64,000 nt of DNA, from the NCBI GenBank assembly GCA_965240325.2, contig OZ251227.1, forward strand, positions 62,001 through 126,000, in the 5' to 3' direction. The notes beneath the pieces were generated by a model that worked only from the letters and a program-made list of their open reading frames with translations, did not search any database and had not been told where the DNA came from. A program made the position numbers and the translations under genes. This stretch comes from Rebecca billardiae RCC1528. Its lineage: Eukaryota; Protista; Haptophyta. Each line of letters starts with the position of its first letter. The first letter of the stretch is position 1. Below are positions 46,208 to 58,204 of this stretch, piece by piece.

Positions 46208-46373
46208 ATGGGCCGCCGCGCGCTCACGACGCGTGGGCACGCTCACGTGGCGACGCGGACGTCGGCTCTATCCAAGCCCCTCTTCTGCAGCTGCGCGCCG
46301 CTTGGCCGGCGCGCGGCGACGCGTACTACGACCTCATCCTCATCCAGGCGCCCACGCGGGCGCACGGGGGCGA

Positions 46374-46671
46374 CAGCCGCGGCTGCCGCTTGCCGGAGCT
46401 GCTCGCCGCTAGGTCGGCGGGCGGCGACATCGACTACGACCTCACCCTCATCCAAGTGCTCCGGAAGGCGCTCGGCCGCGGCGGCATCTGCCGTCGCCGC
46501 CGCGTGCCCCAGGCCGAGGCGGTGCTCCATCCCGGCCCCGCTCCCGTAGGGGGGCAGGGCTGCGGGTGGCGCACTGTCTGACGACTGACCTGGACGGAAG
46601 GCGCGGACGCATTCTATGTGTCTGTTGCACTCTGAGCCTGACGCTTGTCCGATGCTGCCACGTCGTTAAAT
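46374..46671 (+). repeat. Dispersed ~300-bp repeat, copy 2 (extends 5' to ~46208), followed by (TA)n
   Basis: Direct similarity to 43730..44030. Confidence 0.85.
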
Positions 46672-46689
46672 AAATATATATATATATAT

Positions 46690-46736
<47 letters not shown>

Positions 46737-46878
46737 TATACTGAGCCGATATACTCGCGATTCGATATTAAGTGTCAGCGCACGCCAACTTGACACTGCT
46801 AGCGCTAGCAGGCCGCGCGCGCTGTGAGCCGCGCGCCGCCTGGTGAGTCCTACTAGTAAGTTACTGGGCCGTTTGTGC

Positions 46879-49800
46879 CTAAGACTGCTCGTCCGCGTCG
46901 AGGTCGACGACTTCCACGTCGGCCATCTCGACGTCCTCCTCCTCCTCCCCCTCCTCCGCCTCCTCCTCCTCCTCGCCCGCGCCCTCGTCCGCGCCCGATC
47001 CGCGGGTGCGGCCGTGCTTGCGGCAGTACGTCGAGCCCGGCTCCGCGCGCAGCCGGCACGGGCCGTGCGCGAAGCGGCGCGCGCACCGGCCCTCCTCGGC
47101 CGGCTCGCGCACGCCCGCGCCCAGCCCGCCGTGCTTGGCGCAGTAGAGCGCGCCCGGCACCGCGTCCTCGCGGCACGTGCCCGTGGCGACGCGCTTGGCG
47201 CACCGCCCCTGCTCGAGCACCATGGGCTGGCCCGGCTTCATCGCGCGCAGCGCGGCGTGCTTGGCGCAGAAGCGCGAGCCGCTCTGCGCCGGCTTGATGC
47301 AGCGCGAGCGGCCGACCGGCTGCGCGCAGCGCGGGCCGTGCTCGGCCTCGGCCGCGCCGCGCGTGCCGTCCGCCGAGCGCGGCGTCGGCCGGCGCTCGGC
47401 GGCGCGCGGCGCGGGCGGCGTGACGGGCGTGAGCGCGGGCGCGCTCGGGCCGCGCGCCTCGCACCCGTCGCAGTACCAGTCGCCCTCCGGCACCGCGTGC
47501 AGCGGCGGGCGCGCGCACTTGAGGTGCAGCGCGCGGCCGCAGCCGTCGCACAGCAGCAGGTGGCCCTCGAGCCCGCAGCGGAAGCAGAAGTCGTCGTCGG
47601 CGAGCTCGGCGGCCGAGTCGTCGTCCGGCCGGCCGGAGCGGACCTCGTCGGCATCGTCCTCGTCCTCCTCCTCGCCCTGCTGCCGCTGCTGCTGCCGCGG
47701 CTGCTGCCGCGGCTGCCCGTGCGGCCGCGCGTCGAGGTCCATCGAATCGCCCAGCACGTCCCCCTCCCCCTCGCCCTCGCCCTCCGACTCGGCCGCGCCA
47801 CCCGCGCCACCCGCGCCACGCTCCTCCTCCTCCTCCTCCTCCTCCTCGTCCTCGTCGTCGTCCTCGTCCTCGTCGGCGCCCGCGTACAGCGCGCGCCCGC
47901 TCGCCGCGCGCGGGCGGCGCGTGGGCTGCGGCGCGGGCGGCCGCTGGCTCGGCGCGCCGCCGCCGCCGCCGCCCGCGCGCCCGCCGCGCGCGGCGCCGCT
48001 GAGGGGCGGGCGGCCGCGCGGGCGGCCGCGCCCGCGCGCCGCGCCGCCGCGCCCGCGCGCCGCCTCCGCCGCGGCGGCGGCGGTGTGCTTCTTGGGCGGC
48101 CTGCCGCGCGGGCGCGGCGCGTGCGCGGGCGCGGGCGGCGCCCCCTTGCCGCCGCCGCCCGCCTCCGCCTCGGCCGTGCGCTGCTGCCCCCCGCCGCCGC
48201 CCTCCTCGGACGAGGACTCGTCCTCAGCGTACTGCTCGTCCGGCCGCTGGCCCCAGCCGCGCCGCTTGCACGGCGGGCACGTCCAGTCGTCCTCCTCGCG
48301 CGGCCAGCGCGCGAGCTTGGCGCACTTCTTGTGGTACCCCTTCTCACACTCGTCGCAGATGAGCAGACGGCCGCCCTCGCGGCACACGGCGCAGACGTCG
48401 TCGTCGTCCGAGGCGTCCGAGCCGGCGGAGGCGGCGGCGGCGGAGGCGCCGGCCTCGCGCGCGCGCGCCGCCTGCGCGTCGCACTGCGCGCACTGCCACG
48501 AGGCGGGCGGCGGGCTGCTCAGCCGCAGGCAGTGCGCGTGGTACGCGCGGTCGCACGCGCCGCACACGACGGCAAACGAAGAGCTGTGCAGCAGGTCCGA
48601 GCCGTCCGCGCTGAGCACGTGGTGGCACGAGCCGCAGCGCGCGCGCGTGGCGTGCGCGGCGGCGATCGCGCCGCGGAGCAGCGAGGCGCACGCGGCGACG
48701 GTGGCGGCGGACGGCGCGCCGCGCAGCGCGCGCGCCCACTGCGGCCGCAGCGCGCCGCGCCCCCACAGCAGTGTGAGCGATGCGGGCGCGGCCGCCGCCT
48801 CGAGCTCAGCCAGCGCGGCGCCCAGCTCGGAGGGCGCACTCGCGCGCCGCACGCGCGCCGCCCACGCCGCGCGCCACGCCGCCGCGGGCGAGGCGTCCGC
48901 GCCGTCCGCCGCCGGCGCGCCGGCTGCGCTCGCCGCCTCGGCAGCCGGCGCCGCGTGCGCGTGCGCGTGCGCGTGCGCGTGCGCGTGCGCGTGCGCCGCG
49001 GGCGGGAGCACCTCCGCGTCTGACAGCGCGCGCCCGGCCGCGCTCACGAGCGCGCGCGCGCCGTCGAGCGCGCGCGCGGCCGCGCACTCGGCCGCGGCGC
49101 CGGCCGCCGCGGGCGCCGCCGCGGGCGCCGCCGCGGGCGCCGCGTCCGGGTGCGCGTGCTGCGCGGAGAGCGCGGCCGCCACCAGCGCCTCCTCCGCCGC
49201 GGCGCGCGCCACGCTCAGCGCGTGCGTGGCCGCCACGTGCGCCGCGTACTGGCACCAGCTGCCGATCAGCTTGGCAGACATGGCCTCTGAGCGCAGGCGC
49301 GCGCGGCCCATGCAGTCGGAGAGGGCGTGCACGGTGGGCCACGCGGCGCCGGGCGCGGCGGCGGCGGCGGCCTCGGCGGCGTGCTGCAGGTAGTAGACGC
49401 CCAGCCCGCGCGGCGGCACGACCGCGCCCGCCGCGCCGCCGGGCGGCGCCCCGGGCGGCGCCTTGGCGAAGGCGTAGAGCGCCAGCGAGTCGGCGCCCGC
49501 GTCGAGCAGCTGCAGCCCGCGGTGGTCCGTCCCCACGCGCCACGAGCGCAGCGGCACGGCGGGGCGCGGGCGCAGAGACGGATGCGCGGCCAGCACGGCG
49601 TCGCTCAGCGCCGGGTCGTCCAGCACGGCCGCCGCCGGCGCCCGCCGCTTCCGCCGCCCCGCCGAGGGCGGCGCGACCGCGTCGATCGCCTCGCGCGGCG
49701 CGGGCGCGTCCGCGAGGCTGTCGAGCAGCGCGCACAGGCAGCCCACGCGCTCGGCGAGGGTGAGCTCGGCGAAGCCGTGCGTGCGGAGCCGCGCCTCGGC

Positions 49801-50246
49801 CGCGGCCACGACCGCGCGCCGCGCGTCGCACCCGCCCACGCCGTCCGCGAGCCGCAGGTACGCGAGGTGCGCGCGCACGCCCTCGGCCCACGAGTGCTCG
49901 GAGACGAGCGGCGCGCCCCTCGCCGCCCACGACTTGCGCCAGCGCAGCCACTCGCTCAGAGACAGAACGCAACCGGCGGCCGGCTCGGCGGAGGCGGGCG
50001 CGGGGGCGTCGGCGGCGGGCGCGGCGGCGGGCGCGGCGGCGCAGGCGGGCGCGGCCGCGGCGGCGGGCGCGGCCGCGGGCGCGGCCGCCGCGCCGCTCGC
50101 CCCGCCGGTGGCGGCGGCGGCGGCCGCGGCGGCGGCCGCCTCCGCCTGCGCCACCGCGGCGGCCGTGCGCGCCGGGTCGGCGTCGAGCTGCGCGAGCAGC
50201 GCGGTGAAGAGCCGCACGCACAGCCGCTCGCACTCGCGCACCGAGC

Positions 50247-50298
<52 letters not shown>

Positions 50299-52036
50299 GG
50301 CGGCGTGCGCGCCGTCCGCAGCCGGCGGCGCGTCGGCCGCGGCGGGTGCGCCCAGTGCGGCGGGCGCGCTCGCAGCCGGCGCGCTCGCAGCCGGCGCAGC
50401 CGCGGCGGCCGCTGCGGCCGCCGCCGCCGCCTCATACTTGCGCAGCGCGGCGCGCACGCGCCGCGCGTCCTCCGCGCGCGCGCCGCGCTCGGCCGGCCGC
50501 ACGTCCGCCGCGCCGAGCGCGCAGAGCAGCAGCAGCAGCTGCGTGGCCGAGCCCACGTGCGGCAGCTCGCACGCCGCCCCAAACGCGCGCAGGAACCCAA
50601 ACGCCTGCAGCAGCTCGGGCGCCGGGTCGTACGCACCCTCGGGGGAGGCGGGCGGCGCGGCGGCGGGCGCGGCGTGCGCCGAGCGCGGCCGCAGCGCCGA
50701 CGGCGGCACCGCGACGAGCAGACCGGCGCCCACGGGCGCGGGCGGCGGGTAGGGGCGTTGCGGCACGAGCGGCGGCGGCGGCGGCGGCGGCGGCGCGGCC
50801 GCCATCGCCATCGGCTGCAGGCGCGGCTGCGCCGACGCCACGGGGCGGTGCTGCTGCGCCACGGGCCCGTGCCCGAGCGCGCCGTGCGGCGGCAGGTGCT
50901 GCGCGCCCGCGCCCACGCCCGCGCCCGACATGCCCGGACCGCCGCTCAGCGGCCCGTAAGGCAGGCTGCCCTGGTGGGGCGGCGCGGGCGCGCACGCCAC
51001 GGGGCCGTGTGCCATGCCTGTGCCGAGCGCGGCGTACGCGCCGGGCTGCGCGCAGCCCAGCGCGCACAGCGAGCCGCACGCGCCGTATGCGCCCGCCTGC
51101 TGCGCGCCGTATGCGCACGCCTGCCGCGCGGCGCACATCAGCGGCTGCTGCGGCTGCGGCTGCGGCTGCGGCTGCGGCTGCGGCTGCGGCTGCGGCTGCG
51201 GCTGCGGCTGCGGCTGCGGCTGCGGCTGCGGCTGCGGCTGCGGCTGCGGCTGCGGCTGCGGCTGCGGCTGCGGCGCGGCGCGCACGGCCGCCGTCAGCTC
51301 CGGCACGGGCACCGGCGAGCCACTCACCTCGGTGAAGCAGCGCGAGCGCAGCCGCTGCGCGAGCTCGAGCGAGGCCGCCGCCGGCAGCGCGGAGCGGCTG
51401 AACGCGTCGAGGGACTCGGCGCCGCAGCCGGAGACGGCGCACACGGCGGGGAGCAGCCGCGCGGCGTTGGCGCACGTGCGCACGTCCACGAGCCAGCGCT
51501 GCATGCACTCGATCAGCGCGCGCGAGGGGCGGTCGAGGGCGACTGCGCCCGAGAGAGGCTGCGGCTGCGGCTGCGGCTGCGGCTGCGGCTGCCACTGCGG
51601 CGGCTGCGGCTGCGGCTGCGGCTGCGGCTGCGGCTGCGGCTGCGGCTGCTGCGGCTGCGGCTGCGGCTGCGGCTGCGGCTGCGGCTGCGGCTGCGGCTGC
51701 GACTGCGGCTGCGGCTGCGGCTGCGGCTGCGGCTGCGGCTGCGCCGCGCCCGCGCCCGCCCCGGCCGCCGTCCCGCCCTCCTTCTCCCCCGGCAGCTCGA
51801 ACCGCAGCCCTGCGCTGCAGCCGGGGCACACCACCTTGAGCAGGCAGCCGGCCGAGGCGCCGGGCGGAGGCTTGAGGTAGACAGGCGTGGAGCAGCGGTG
51901 GCAGTCCACGCGCAGGGTGAGGCGCGCGCGGCGCGCGGCGGCGGACTCCGCCGCGCCCGCCGACGCCGGCGCGGCCGCCGAGGGCGATGCGGCGGGGGGC
52001 TGCGGCGGCGCTGCCGCCGCGCGCGGCGCGCCGGCC

Positions 52037-52074
<38 letters not shown>

Positions 52075-53580
52075 GAGCGCGGCCGCCGCGCCGCCGCCGC
52101 CGCCGGCCGCGCCGGCTGAGTCGGCGGCGGACGGCGCGCCCGCGCCCGCGCTCGCGCCGGGCGGCAGCTGCGAGCGCAGGCTCGAGCCGCACCCGTCGCA
52201 CCGCACCTTGAGCCACCAGCCGCCGCCGCCGCCGCCCTTGGGCTTCTTCCAGACGAGCGCGCTGTCCGCCGCCTCGAGCGAGTGCACGCGCCCAATGCGC
52301 AGCGCGCAGTGCGGGCAGCTGATGTTGAGCCGGACGAAGCCGCGCGGGCGCGGGGAGGGGCCGGCGGGGGGCGCGGGCGAGCGCGCGGGCTGCGCGCTCG
52401 GCGCGCCGGCCGCCGCCGGCGCGCTCGGCGCGCGCGCGGCCGCGGCCTCGGCGGCGGGCGGCGCGCCGCCCGCCGCGCCGCCCGCCGCCCCCGCGGCCGC
52501 GGCCGCGGCTGCGGCCGCGGCGGCCGCGGCGGCGGCGCCGCCGGGCGGCGTCGGCGCGGGCGCCGCGCCCGCGCCCGCGCCCGCGGCCGCGGCCGCGCCG
52601 TTCGGCCGCGCGGCGGCGGGCGCTGCGCCCGCGAGCACCACCGAGGCCGCACCCGGCTGGGCGCCGGCCGAGGCGGGCGGCTCGACGGTTGCGCGCAGCT
52701 GCGCGGCGCAGCACGGGCACGCGTAGCAGGCGGTGCCGCCCGACGTGCGCACGCGCTCGGGCACCTCCCACAGGAAGGCCTGCGCGCAGCTCGGGCACGC
52801 CGTGCGCACCCGCCTCGGCGCGCCCTCCGCGACCACCTCCGCCTGCAGCTTGACCGCGCACGCGGGGCAGTGGTAGGTCGCCACGCCGCCCACAGACAGC
52901 AGCCGCTCGGGCACGAGCCAGAGGAACTGCTGCGCGCACGCGGGGCACTGCGTCTGCCGGTGCTGCTTGGGCGGGACGCCCGCGCCGCCGCCGCCCGCGC
53001 TCGGCGCGGCGGGCGCGGCGGGCGCGGCGGGCGCGGCGGGCGCGGCGGGCGCGGCGGGCGCGGCGGGCGCGGCGGGCGCGGCGGGCGGCGGCGCGCGTGC
53101 GGCCGACCGCGGCTCGGCGGCCGGACGGCTCGGCGGCTCGGCGCTCGCCCGCGCGTGCGCGTGCGCCTCCGCCGTGACCAGCACCTCCACCGACTCGCAC
53201 AGCGCCTTCACCACCTTGCGCACGGCCGCGAGAGCGCGCGCCTCGTCGTGCTCGGCCGGGCGGCCGGGCGGCACGGCGCCGGCGGCGCCGGCGGAGCGGC
53301 GGCGCGCACGCTCGGCGGCGTACGCGTCGGGGTCGCGCAGGAAGAGCCGCACGTCGTCAAGCGAGCGGAACTTCGTCCCGCTCGGGCTGAACCAGAAGTG
53401 GTCCTCGACCGGCGGCTCGGCCGCGCTCGCGCGCGCGCGCGTGACAGCCTGGAGCACCCAGCCGCGGGGCAGGCCGTCGAGGAGGCGGTGCTCCCGGAAG
53501 AGGCGCGTCTCGCGCGGGAGCGCGTGGCGTCGCGCGCCGCCGCCGCCGTGCGCGCCGGCTGCAGCGCCGGCCTCCACCAT
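46879..53580 (-). CDS. MBD / zinc-ribbon / DDT / WHIM / 3xPHD / AT-hook / 3xC3H chromatin protein (BAZ2/MBD9-like)
   Basis: MBD GLPRGW...FWFSPSGTKFRSLDDVRLFL; DDT ELLQAFGFLRAF; WHIM1 FAELTLAERVGCLCALLD; WSD LRSWRVGTDHRG; three C4HC3 PHD fingers; RGRPP AT-hooks; three C-x8-C-x10-C-x2-H repeats. Confidence 0.88.
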
Positions 53581-55619
53581 CTGGCAGTGCGTGCGCTTGT
53601 CCACCGGGTGGTGCCGCGCTTTCCACTGGTCCGCAAAGCCGCGAGTCCGCGACTCCGAACCCGCCCCCCGCGGTCGCGCCGCAGCGCCGCCAGGCTGCGA
53701 GCTCGTGGTGACGCAGACGCACGGTTCGTCGCGCCACTCCGGACTCGCCTCCGTTCGGCGTTCCCGGTCTCCCGGACACGACCGTATGCCGGCTGCCGGA
53801 CTTCTCCGACCTCGAAAGCGTAAGACGACACGTCGTGATCGAAATGTATGATCGCCGCTTTTCATCCGGCCTCCAGAAAAAGAATTCTACGCAGGCTGGA
53901 CGGCCGCACGGAATTCGGAAACCCGCACGGATCCATGTGCTGATGATGCCGGTGTTCAGGCTTCAGCTGAGGGAATTCTATTGATGAATTCCTACTTAGT
54001 ACCTATAGTTAACCTAGTCGATTCACTCAGTGTAACAGTCACTATCTGTAGTAATTACACTTTACAGTATCATTAACTACAGACACACCGAGTGTTACTG
54101 CACTGCGTCATGTCGCATACTAATTACTATATGATGCGGCTACGGCTTAGAAAGTGAAATAACGACGACTAGTTACAGCCTGGAATATACATCATATAAA
54201 TTAGCAATGCTAGTCATCATGTAAATACAACGACGTCCACCATGGCGACCTGATAACGTCAACGTGCTCACACCACTGCCACTGCTGCAAGCTTCGACCA
54301 GTACCACTACAGACGAATCAGGAGAGCTGCGCCCTCGTGCCTGTGTCTTTAAATCATAGAACTAGTAGTATCGCGACTTCACGTCACCGACGTTGTCGTG
54401 GCACATCTGGTGCAAAGCTGAGTCGTGCAGGCATTATCACTACAGGCAATTGCGGGCAATAAGTCTGAGCTGTCACGCTTTAAAAGAAACTGGGGCTTGC
54501 TATATCTGCGCGGATCTGGCCTATAGAAACCGAGACTAGCGATTGGCTGGTTCGCTTTACGCATAGTCACACTTTGTGACACAGCATGCAGTCGTCCGGG
54601 CGTCCGACTGTCAGCACGCGGTCCGCACCGCCGTCACTGGCGTAGAGAAGACCAGCTAGTCTGGCCTCTTGATCAGATGGTTTACAGCCGGTGGCGTCTC
54701 GGACCCGCTCGAGGCAGGTCCCTAGCTGCTTAAGCTTGCGCGGGACGCCGGACGCCAGGCGCTGCGGCCACCACGCTTGCGCCACTTTGTGCCTCGCACC
54801 CGGGCCTTCCTCAGTCCTCGAAGCACTCTGCGCGCCTGGAGGACCGAGGACCCACAGGCACGCAGGCAGGCGGTGGTGGCATGGCACTCAATACAATCAC
54901 CGAGGCAAAACCGCAGGCTACAAGGCCGACCCAGCCAGGCGCCGAGGGTGGGCGAGGGGAAAGGGCGCGTGGCTTCACTACATAGTCGGCTCGGGGCACC
55001 TTATCCGTCCGTCGGGCAAGGCAGGACTGTGCGGACGGCTCCAATGTGCTCGCGTTCATCGCTCAAGTCGTTTCGCCTCGGTCGAGCTGGCGCGGCGCTG
55101 CTAGTGCAGGCCCACACGCCGGCTGAAGAAGAGAGCGCGAGACGTCGCCGCTCACCTCCTGGTGCCACCAGGCTCGAGCGCACGATGGCGCCCTTGGTTA
55201 AGCGGGAATCGGGACGAATCGCGCGCGCTGTGCGGTGTGACTGCGCAGAAGGTGCGTTTGTAAACGGTTTGTCGCGAGACTTCGCGTGGAGCAATTATTC
55301 TGATGAGCAAATGAGCAACTGCGAACCGCCATCTATCGTCCTCCGTACTAGTAATTAGATCAGGGAGAGAAGTAGATGCATCGCGAAAACCACAATCGTC
55401 CGTACCCCTTAAATATCCAGATTGAGTGCTCAATACGGCCCTCGATACCCTTGACCGTCGTGAACAAGAGGCGGGGGGACGCGCGTGCTACGATTCCTCG
55501 GATCCGATGATGAACGGGAGCCACGAGTGTGCGCTTGGAAGCACTGCTTGGAAGGCCACATCGCGCCGGCCGTGCTGGGGGCGGTGGGCGGTGGCTGCGT
55601 CGCAGCTCCAGGTGCAGGC

Positions 55620-58138
55620 ATGCCCTGGCGACGCATCGGGCCGGGCGCGCTGGTGCTCGGCGCCCTCGCCTGGGCGCGGGGCGAGCTCGTCGTGCTCAAC
55701 GGCAGCCACGCGGGGCTCACGCTCGCCGCCACGCGCTACGACGTGTCTGTGCTCGCGTTTGACGTCACGGCGCCGCTGGTGGCGACCGAGGCGGCGGAGT
55801 GGGAGGTGTCGGGCTCGTGCCCGCCGCGCTGGGTGGGCGGTGCGGGGAGGCTCGAGGGCGCGCTCGTGCTCGTGGTCGCCGACGTCCTCGCCTGCTCCGC
55901 CGAGATGTACGCGCGCGCGTGCGTCGAGCACGGCTGCGTGGGCATGGCCAAATACGACCTCGATTCCGCGCTGATGGACAAGGTGCCCGGCCGGCACGCG
56001 CGCGTCTTCCTCCTCGAGGACTCGCGCGAGCGCACGACGGTGGTGGTGGACCTCTCGCAGGCCGCCGCGCGCCCGCTCGTCCGCTCGCTCCTCGCCGGCG
56101 AGCGCGTGCTCGCGCGCGTGCGCCCCTCCCCCAACCGCTGGCTCGAGCTGTACGACTCGGCCGCGTGGGTGCTGTGGCAGCTGGCGCTGGCGTACCAGTC
56201 GCTCGAGGTGCTCGAGCTCGCGGCGTGCCGGCTGTTCGCCTTCGGCCTCTCCAAGAGCACCCCCCTCGCCAACTCCTCCATCGCCGTCGCCCTGCTGCTC
56301 GTGGAGCTGCTGACCAACCTGATGCGGTGCACGTACATCGGGCTCGACCCTTACGGCTGCCGCGGGCTGGTGGACGGCCGCACCGACGTGGCGCTGGTCT
56401 CGCCGCACGTCGCGCTGGGCAGCGTGGGCACGGCGCTGTTCCTACGTGCGCGCGCCGCGCGCGCGCGCCGCGCGCGCGCCGCCCGCGCGCCGCCGTTGGA
56501 GCTCAGCCGCCGCCGCGTCCGCCCGGCGCGCTCCGCGCCGCCGCGCGCCGCCGCGCGCGCGCCGCGCGGCGTGTGCTGGGCGCGCAGACTACTTCAGCCA
56601 GGCGGCGTCGCGCGAGGGCCTCGCGACGATGCGGCTGAGCGGCCCCGTCCGCGCCTTCCCCTTCATCGTGCTCGCGCTGCTCGCGCTCTGCTTCGACGTG
56701 GGCTGCACCGCGTGCCTGTTTGCGTGGCCGAGGCACGCGGCCGCGCTCGTCACCGCCAAGAGTGCGCGCACCGCGCGCCCTCCGCACCTCCCCGCGTGGC
56801 CTCCACGCCGCCCCTGCACACCGCCCCTCCAGCGCGGCCGCGCGCGCACGCGCACGCGCGCACCCCGCGCGCTGCGCGCGTGCCCCACGCGCACCTCGCC
56901 CCCCCCCTCGCCGCCCCTCCCCGCCAGTGCTGCTCGGCATCGTGCTGCTGCCCGCGGTGCTGCTGGTCGCGTGCATGGACACGTACGCGCGCGTGCACGG
57001 GCTGCTGCGCACGCTGCCGCCGCGGCTGTGCAAGGCGCTGATGGCGCGGATGCGCGTGAGCATGGCGGCGTCGGTGCTCGCGCTCGTCGCGGGCGTCGCC
57101 TGGCCCTTCGCCGGCGCGCGGCCCTGGCCCTTCTTCTGGAACGTCCTCGTCTTCCGCACCGCGCTCAACTACCAGTCGTACGCGCAGGTGAACGCCTTCT
57201 GGCCGCACGAGCGCGGCGGCGTGGTGGTCGGCCCGCTGGCCAGGCTGCGCGCGGTGGGGATGGCGCCGGTGCGCGCGGCGCAGGGGGCCGCGGCGCGCGC
57301 GGCGAGGGCGGGGCTGCGCGCGCTGCTCGCCACCTCGAGCTCCGCGCTCGGCGAGAGCGACAGCGAGTCCGGGCGCTCGTCGAGCAACTCGTCGGCGTCA
57401 GACGCGCCGCACGGCGGCGGCGCGGGCGGCGGCAGCGGCGCGCGGCGCGCGGCGCGGCTCGCGTCGATGCAGGGGCTGGCGGAGTCGCTCGACCCGCGGC
57501 AGCTGCCCGCGCACGCGCTGCACGGCGTGGCGCTGCCGCTCATCCTCGAGCTCGTCGCCGTCCTCGCCGAGACCGAGCCCGCGTGCGCCGCGCGCGACCT
57601 CACGATCGGCCAGCTCAACGTGCTGCTCGGCACGCGCCGCGCGCGCGCGAGGACACAGCCGCTCGGCCGCGCCGGCCGCGTCGGCGCGGCCGGCTGCGAG
57701 CGCGCGGAGGACGACGAGCTGCGCGGCGGCTCGATGAGCGTGGCGGAGCGCTACCTCAACGCGCGGTGCATCGCCGACGGCCTCCCCGCCGTCGGGCGCG
57801 CGCAGCTCTACGTCGTGGTCGAGCACACCTGCCCGGTGCTGTCGCTCTGCTCGGCGCTGCAGCCGCTCCGCGAGCAGCGGGGCGTGCGCTACGTGTGGCT
57901 GGCGGCGCTGTGCGCGCGGCCGCAGGGGGCGGCGCACGCGGAGCTGCGGAGGATCGACGTGCTGCGCCTCGAGCACGTGCAGCGCCAGATCGGCACGACG
58001 GCGCTCGTGCTCGACTCGTGGGAGCACGCGCCGGGCGGCGTGCTTGCGCGCATGGCGGCGCGGGCGGACGGCGGCGGCGCGGACGGCGGCGGCGCGCCCG
58101 CGCCCGCGCCCGCGGTCGCGCCCGCGGTCGCGCCCGCG

Positions 58139-58204
<66 letters not shown>

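Noticed and set aside
43730-46671. LTR retrotransposon bounded by the two 300-bp direct repeats
   Set aside because: No TG...CA ends, PBS/PPT or gag/pol. The interval is filled by TA tracts and an unrelated TIR element.
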